64,000 bases of DNA. It comes from Candidatus Eiseniibacteriota bacterium. Lineage in GTDB: Bacteria; Eisenbacteria; RBG-16-71-46; CAVPCR01. Below, in pieces: positions 61,421-64,000 of the stretch; position 1 is the first letter of the stretch; each line of letters starts with the position of its first letter. Under the pieces are notes generated by a model. The model searched no databases. It saw nothing but the letters and a program-made list of their open reading frames with translations, and had not been told where the DNA came from. The stretch spans positions 512,001 to 576,000 of the forward strand of contig CAVPCR010000004.1 of assembly GCA_963702435.1 (NCBI GenBank). The letters run 5' to 3'. The translations under genes and the position numbers were made by a program.

Positions 61421-61761
61421 CCGGGCGGGCGCCACCGCCCCTGCTCCCCCGCCAGGCTGCCGCATGTCATGTCACCGGCCCGCCGTTCGTCGGGTCGCCT
61501 GACCGCCGCGCCGCCCCGGCGGTCCCGATCTGACACAGCCTGCCCGCGCGCCCGTCATCCCCGGCTAAAGGCGGGCCTCGTTTGAGACGAATGCTCTATC
61601 CGGCAGAGGGGGTCTCCCGGTCTGTCCTGCCGGCCCGATCAGCTTGCCCGACACCAGTGCCCTGACTGCCGGAACCCCCTCGCCACTCCTCTCAGAGGTG
61701 TGCCCGCCCGTCCGCCCAACCGCGGAGCCGGGCGGCGGGCCGCGCGCGCAGGGAGGTCGAC

Positions 61762-62136
61762 ATGCGCTTCGGAGAGTTCCTCCTCGAACGAGGCCGGGTG
61801 TCCGAGCACGACATGGACGCCGCGCGCCGCATGCAGCTCATCAACAATCATCTGATCGGCGTGCTCGCGCTCGATCACGGGCTCCTCAAGCCGGTGGATC
61901 TCGAGCACATCCTCAACCATCAGACTGCGTGCTCGCCGCCGTCGCGCTTCGGAGAGGTGGCGATCGGGCTCGGGTACCTGAGCCGCACGCAGCTCGAAGA
62001 GCTGCTCACGATCCAGGCGGAGAACCGCCTGCGCATCGGCGACGTGCTGGTTCTGCAGTCGCGGCTCACGGAGGAGGAGCTGCTCGCCGAACTGCGCGCC
62101 TACCGCGAATTCGTCGAGCAGCACAAGGTCGCCTGA
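61762..62136 (+). CDS. Stand-alone protein made of four MshEN-type (c-di-GMP-binding) motifs
   Basis: RFGEFLLERG..Q, LIGVLALDHG..Q, RFGEVAIGLG..Q and RIGDVLV; GGGAGG RBS. Confidence 0.75.
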   Translation: MRFGEFLLERGRVSEHDMDAARRMQLINNHLIGVLALDHGLLKPVDLEHILNHQTACSPPSRFGEVAIGLGYLSRTQLEELLTIQAENRLRIGDVLVLQSRLTEEELLAELRAYREFVEQHKVA

Positions 62137-62191
62137 CCGGAACTCCACGCCGGCCGCGGGCCCAGCCGATCCCGGGAGCCGACCGGCAGGA

Positions 62192-63286
62192 TCAGCCCGC
62201 CACCACGCGGATCGGGATGTGCCCGGCGCCGCTTTGCGCGACGTGCACGGCGATCTTTCCCGCGAGCAGCGAGGCGGTCCGGTTGAAGGCCGCGCTCGCC
62301 GGCGAGTCGGGATGGGAGATCACCATCGGCGTCCCCGCGTCGCCGCCGGCGCGGATGCGCGGATCGATCGGGATCGAGCCCAGGAAGGGGATGGCCAGGT
62401 CGGCCGCTGCCTTCTCCCCGCCGCCGCGCGCGAAGATGTCGTGCACCGCATTGCAGCTCGGGCAGACGAAACCGGCCATGTTCTCGACGAGGCCGAGGGT
62501 CGTGATGTTCACCTTGTCGAACATCATCTTGGCGCGCACCACGTCGGCGAGGGCCACGGCCTGCGGGGTGGTCACGATCACCGCGCCCGTCACCGGCACG
62601 CGCTGCGCGACGGTGAGCTGCACATCGCCCGTTCCCGGCGGCAGATCGATCACCAGGTAGTCGAGCTCGCCCCACGCCACGTCGCGCAGGAGCTGGATCA
62701 CGGCGCCGTTCAGCATCGGGCCGCGCCAGATCATGGCAGTGTCGGGATCCACCAGATAGCCGATCGACATCACCTCGATGCCGTGGCCGGAGAGCGGCCG
62801 GATGCGCTGCTTCGCGTCGAGCATCGGCGGCTGGGTGATGCCCATCATGATCGGGATGGACGGACCGTAGATGTCGGCGTCGAGGAGACCGACGCGGGCA
62901 CCGGTCCTGGCGAGCGCCACCGCCAGGTTCACCGCCACCGTCGACTTGCCCACGCCGCCCTTGCCCGATGCCACGAGCACCGTATTCTTGACGGTCGGGA
63001 TCAGGTTCTCGGCGCCCGGGGTCCCGGCGAGGCCGCGCACCTGGGCGCCGAAGCGAACGTCAATTGCGGTGACTCCGGGCAGGCCGGCGACCGCACGCTC
63101 GCAGGCGGCCTGGATCTCGGCCTTGAGCGGGCAGGCGGGGGTCGTCAGCTCGACGAGGAACGACACGCGTCCGCCCTCGATGCGGATGTCCTTGATCATC
63201 CCGAGCTCGACGAGCGAGCGATCGAGCTCCGGGTCGCGCACGGGCTCCAAGGCGGCCAGCACCGCCTCGGCGGTGAGTCTGTTCAT
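62192..63286 (-). CDS. mrp: Mrp/NBP35 Fe-S cluster carrier ATPase with N-terminal DUF59
   Basis: DPEL...LTTPACP, GKGGVGKS, DADIYGPS, DLPPGTGD and ENM...CPSC. Confidence 0.95.
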   Translation of the reverse strand: MNRLTAEAVLAALEPVRDPELDRSLVELGMIKDIRIEGGRVSFLVELTTPACPLKAEIQAACERAVAGLPGVTAIDVRFGAQVRGLAGTPGAENLIPTVKNTVLVASGKGGVGKSTVAVNLAVALARTGARVGLLDADIYGPSIPIMMGITQPPMLDAKQRIRPLSGHGIEVMSIGYLVDPDTAMIWRGPMLNGAVIQLLRDVAWGELDYLVIDLPPGTGDVQLTVAQRVPVTGAVIVTTPQAVALADVVRAKMMFDKVNITTLGLVENMAGFVCPSCNAVHDIFARGGGEKAAADLAIPFLGSIPIDPRIRAGGDAGTPMVISHPDSPASAAFNRTASLLAGKIAVHVAQSGAGHIPIRVVAG

Positions 63287-63421
63287 CGAAAGTCTCTCGT
63301 CGGCCTGAATCGGAGGGGCGGGTGGTCGGCGCGCCCGGTCCGGCGGGAGCCGGGCACCCGGTCATCCTAACGGGGGGTCGGCCGCGAGGCAATGCGGCCG
63401 CGGCGGCTCGCCGCGCCAAGC

Positions 63422-64000
63422 CTAACGCGAGTCCCGTGCGCGGGAGCCTTGACCGGCGAAGGTGACGAGGTCGCGGTACGCATACTGGAGAATGGCAAGC
63501 AGATAGAGGCCTGAAGCGCTCGTCTCGGCCACCTCCTCGGGAGTGAACCCGCCCTCCCAGAAATGGAAACGATCGGCGATGCCACCCAGGCCCTGGAACA
63601 TCGCGCCCACGATCAGGCAGGCGAACGCCGCTCGGACACCGAAGAACTTCCTCAGGAAGAGAAGACCCATGACACCCATCAGCAGGAGATAACCCATCAC
63701 GATCCGCCCGTCGTCGAAGCGCAGGTTGGCACCGATGAACTCGTGGAACATGAAGATCTCATCGAGCGCCAGATAGATGAAGCCGACCCCGAGCAGGCTC
63801 CAGAAGATGCGCTCGCGCCGCGGGAGGGGCGGCGTTCCCGGTCCGCTCAGTGCCGAGAGCGCGCCGAGGAGAAATAGCGACGTGAGCCCCGAGAGGAGAA
63901 GGAGTGTCGAATTCAGATAGTCGCCGAGGGTGAAGGGTTCCGTGGGGAGACGCACCGGGTAGCATCCGAAGTAGACGTAGTTGTCCCAGAACTGCGCGTG
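63422..64000 (-). CDS. Multi-pass membrane protein (5' end outside window)
   Basis: The frame is open to 64000; TM helices with LALDEIFMFHE and EEVAE motifs. Confidence 0.7.
   Translation of the reverse strand, partial: HAQFWDNYVYFGCYPVRLPTEPFTLGDYLNSTLLLLSGLTSLFLLGALSALSGPGTPPLPRRERIFWSLLGVGFIYLALDEIFMFHEFIGANLRFDDGRIVMGYLLLMGVMGLLFLRKFFGVRAAFACLIVGAMFQGLGGIADRFHFWEGGFTPEEVAETSASGLYLLAILQYAYRDLVTFAGQGSRARDSR

Noticed and set aside
61430..61755. c-di-GMP riboswitch upstream of the MshEN gene
   Set aside because: I could not find the GEMM core (GNRA loop/receptor, GCAAA junctions) by eye; an Infernal search with RF01051/RF01786 would decide.

Overview
This is a very GC-rich bacterial window. 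A secreted protein with a C-terminal FlgD-Ig/T9SS-like domain suggests an FCB-group candidate phylum such as Ca. Eisenbacteria (inference). It holds about 57 CDS; I recognised no rRNA, tRNA, CRISPR array or transposase. In order, it contains: a DUF2723 GT-C protein, aldehyde dehydrogenase, a Ser/Thr kinase-beta-propeller, a DxxGxDxY-repeat protein, qor and a ferredoxin; a deleted tryptophan 2,3-dioxygenase relic before kynU; a cassette of prolyl-ACP dehydrogenase, Pro-type adenylation enzyme, carrier protein and hexapeptide acyltransferase; fbaB, SCO/DUF420 and lipA-lpdA-E1beta; a GT2/Wzx glycan island, maeB, gpmA and E2; a sensor-less sigma54 activator, an outer-membrane barrel and a Cys-less HypC-like gene ahead of an O2-tolerant group 1d [NiFe]-hydrogenase and hyp operon; a DnaJ-class chaperone, a minimal cheA-cheW-MCP cluster, a secreted GH32-like enzyme, GT4 and add; envelope genes with ECF-like promoters, a GNAT, a candidate sigma54 hairpin sRNA, an oxidoreductase, a stand-alone four-motif MshEN protein and mrp. 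The many small indels (mostly hypF/D/E) look like long-read consensus errors. The best leads are the pyrrolyl-ACP plus LbH acyltransferase cassette, the sigma54 sRNA, the hydrogenase regulatory module, the MshEN-only protein and the adaptation-less chemosensory cluster. All family calls come from motif recognition by eye; no database searches were run.
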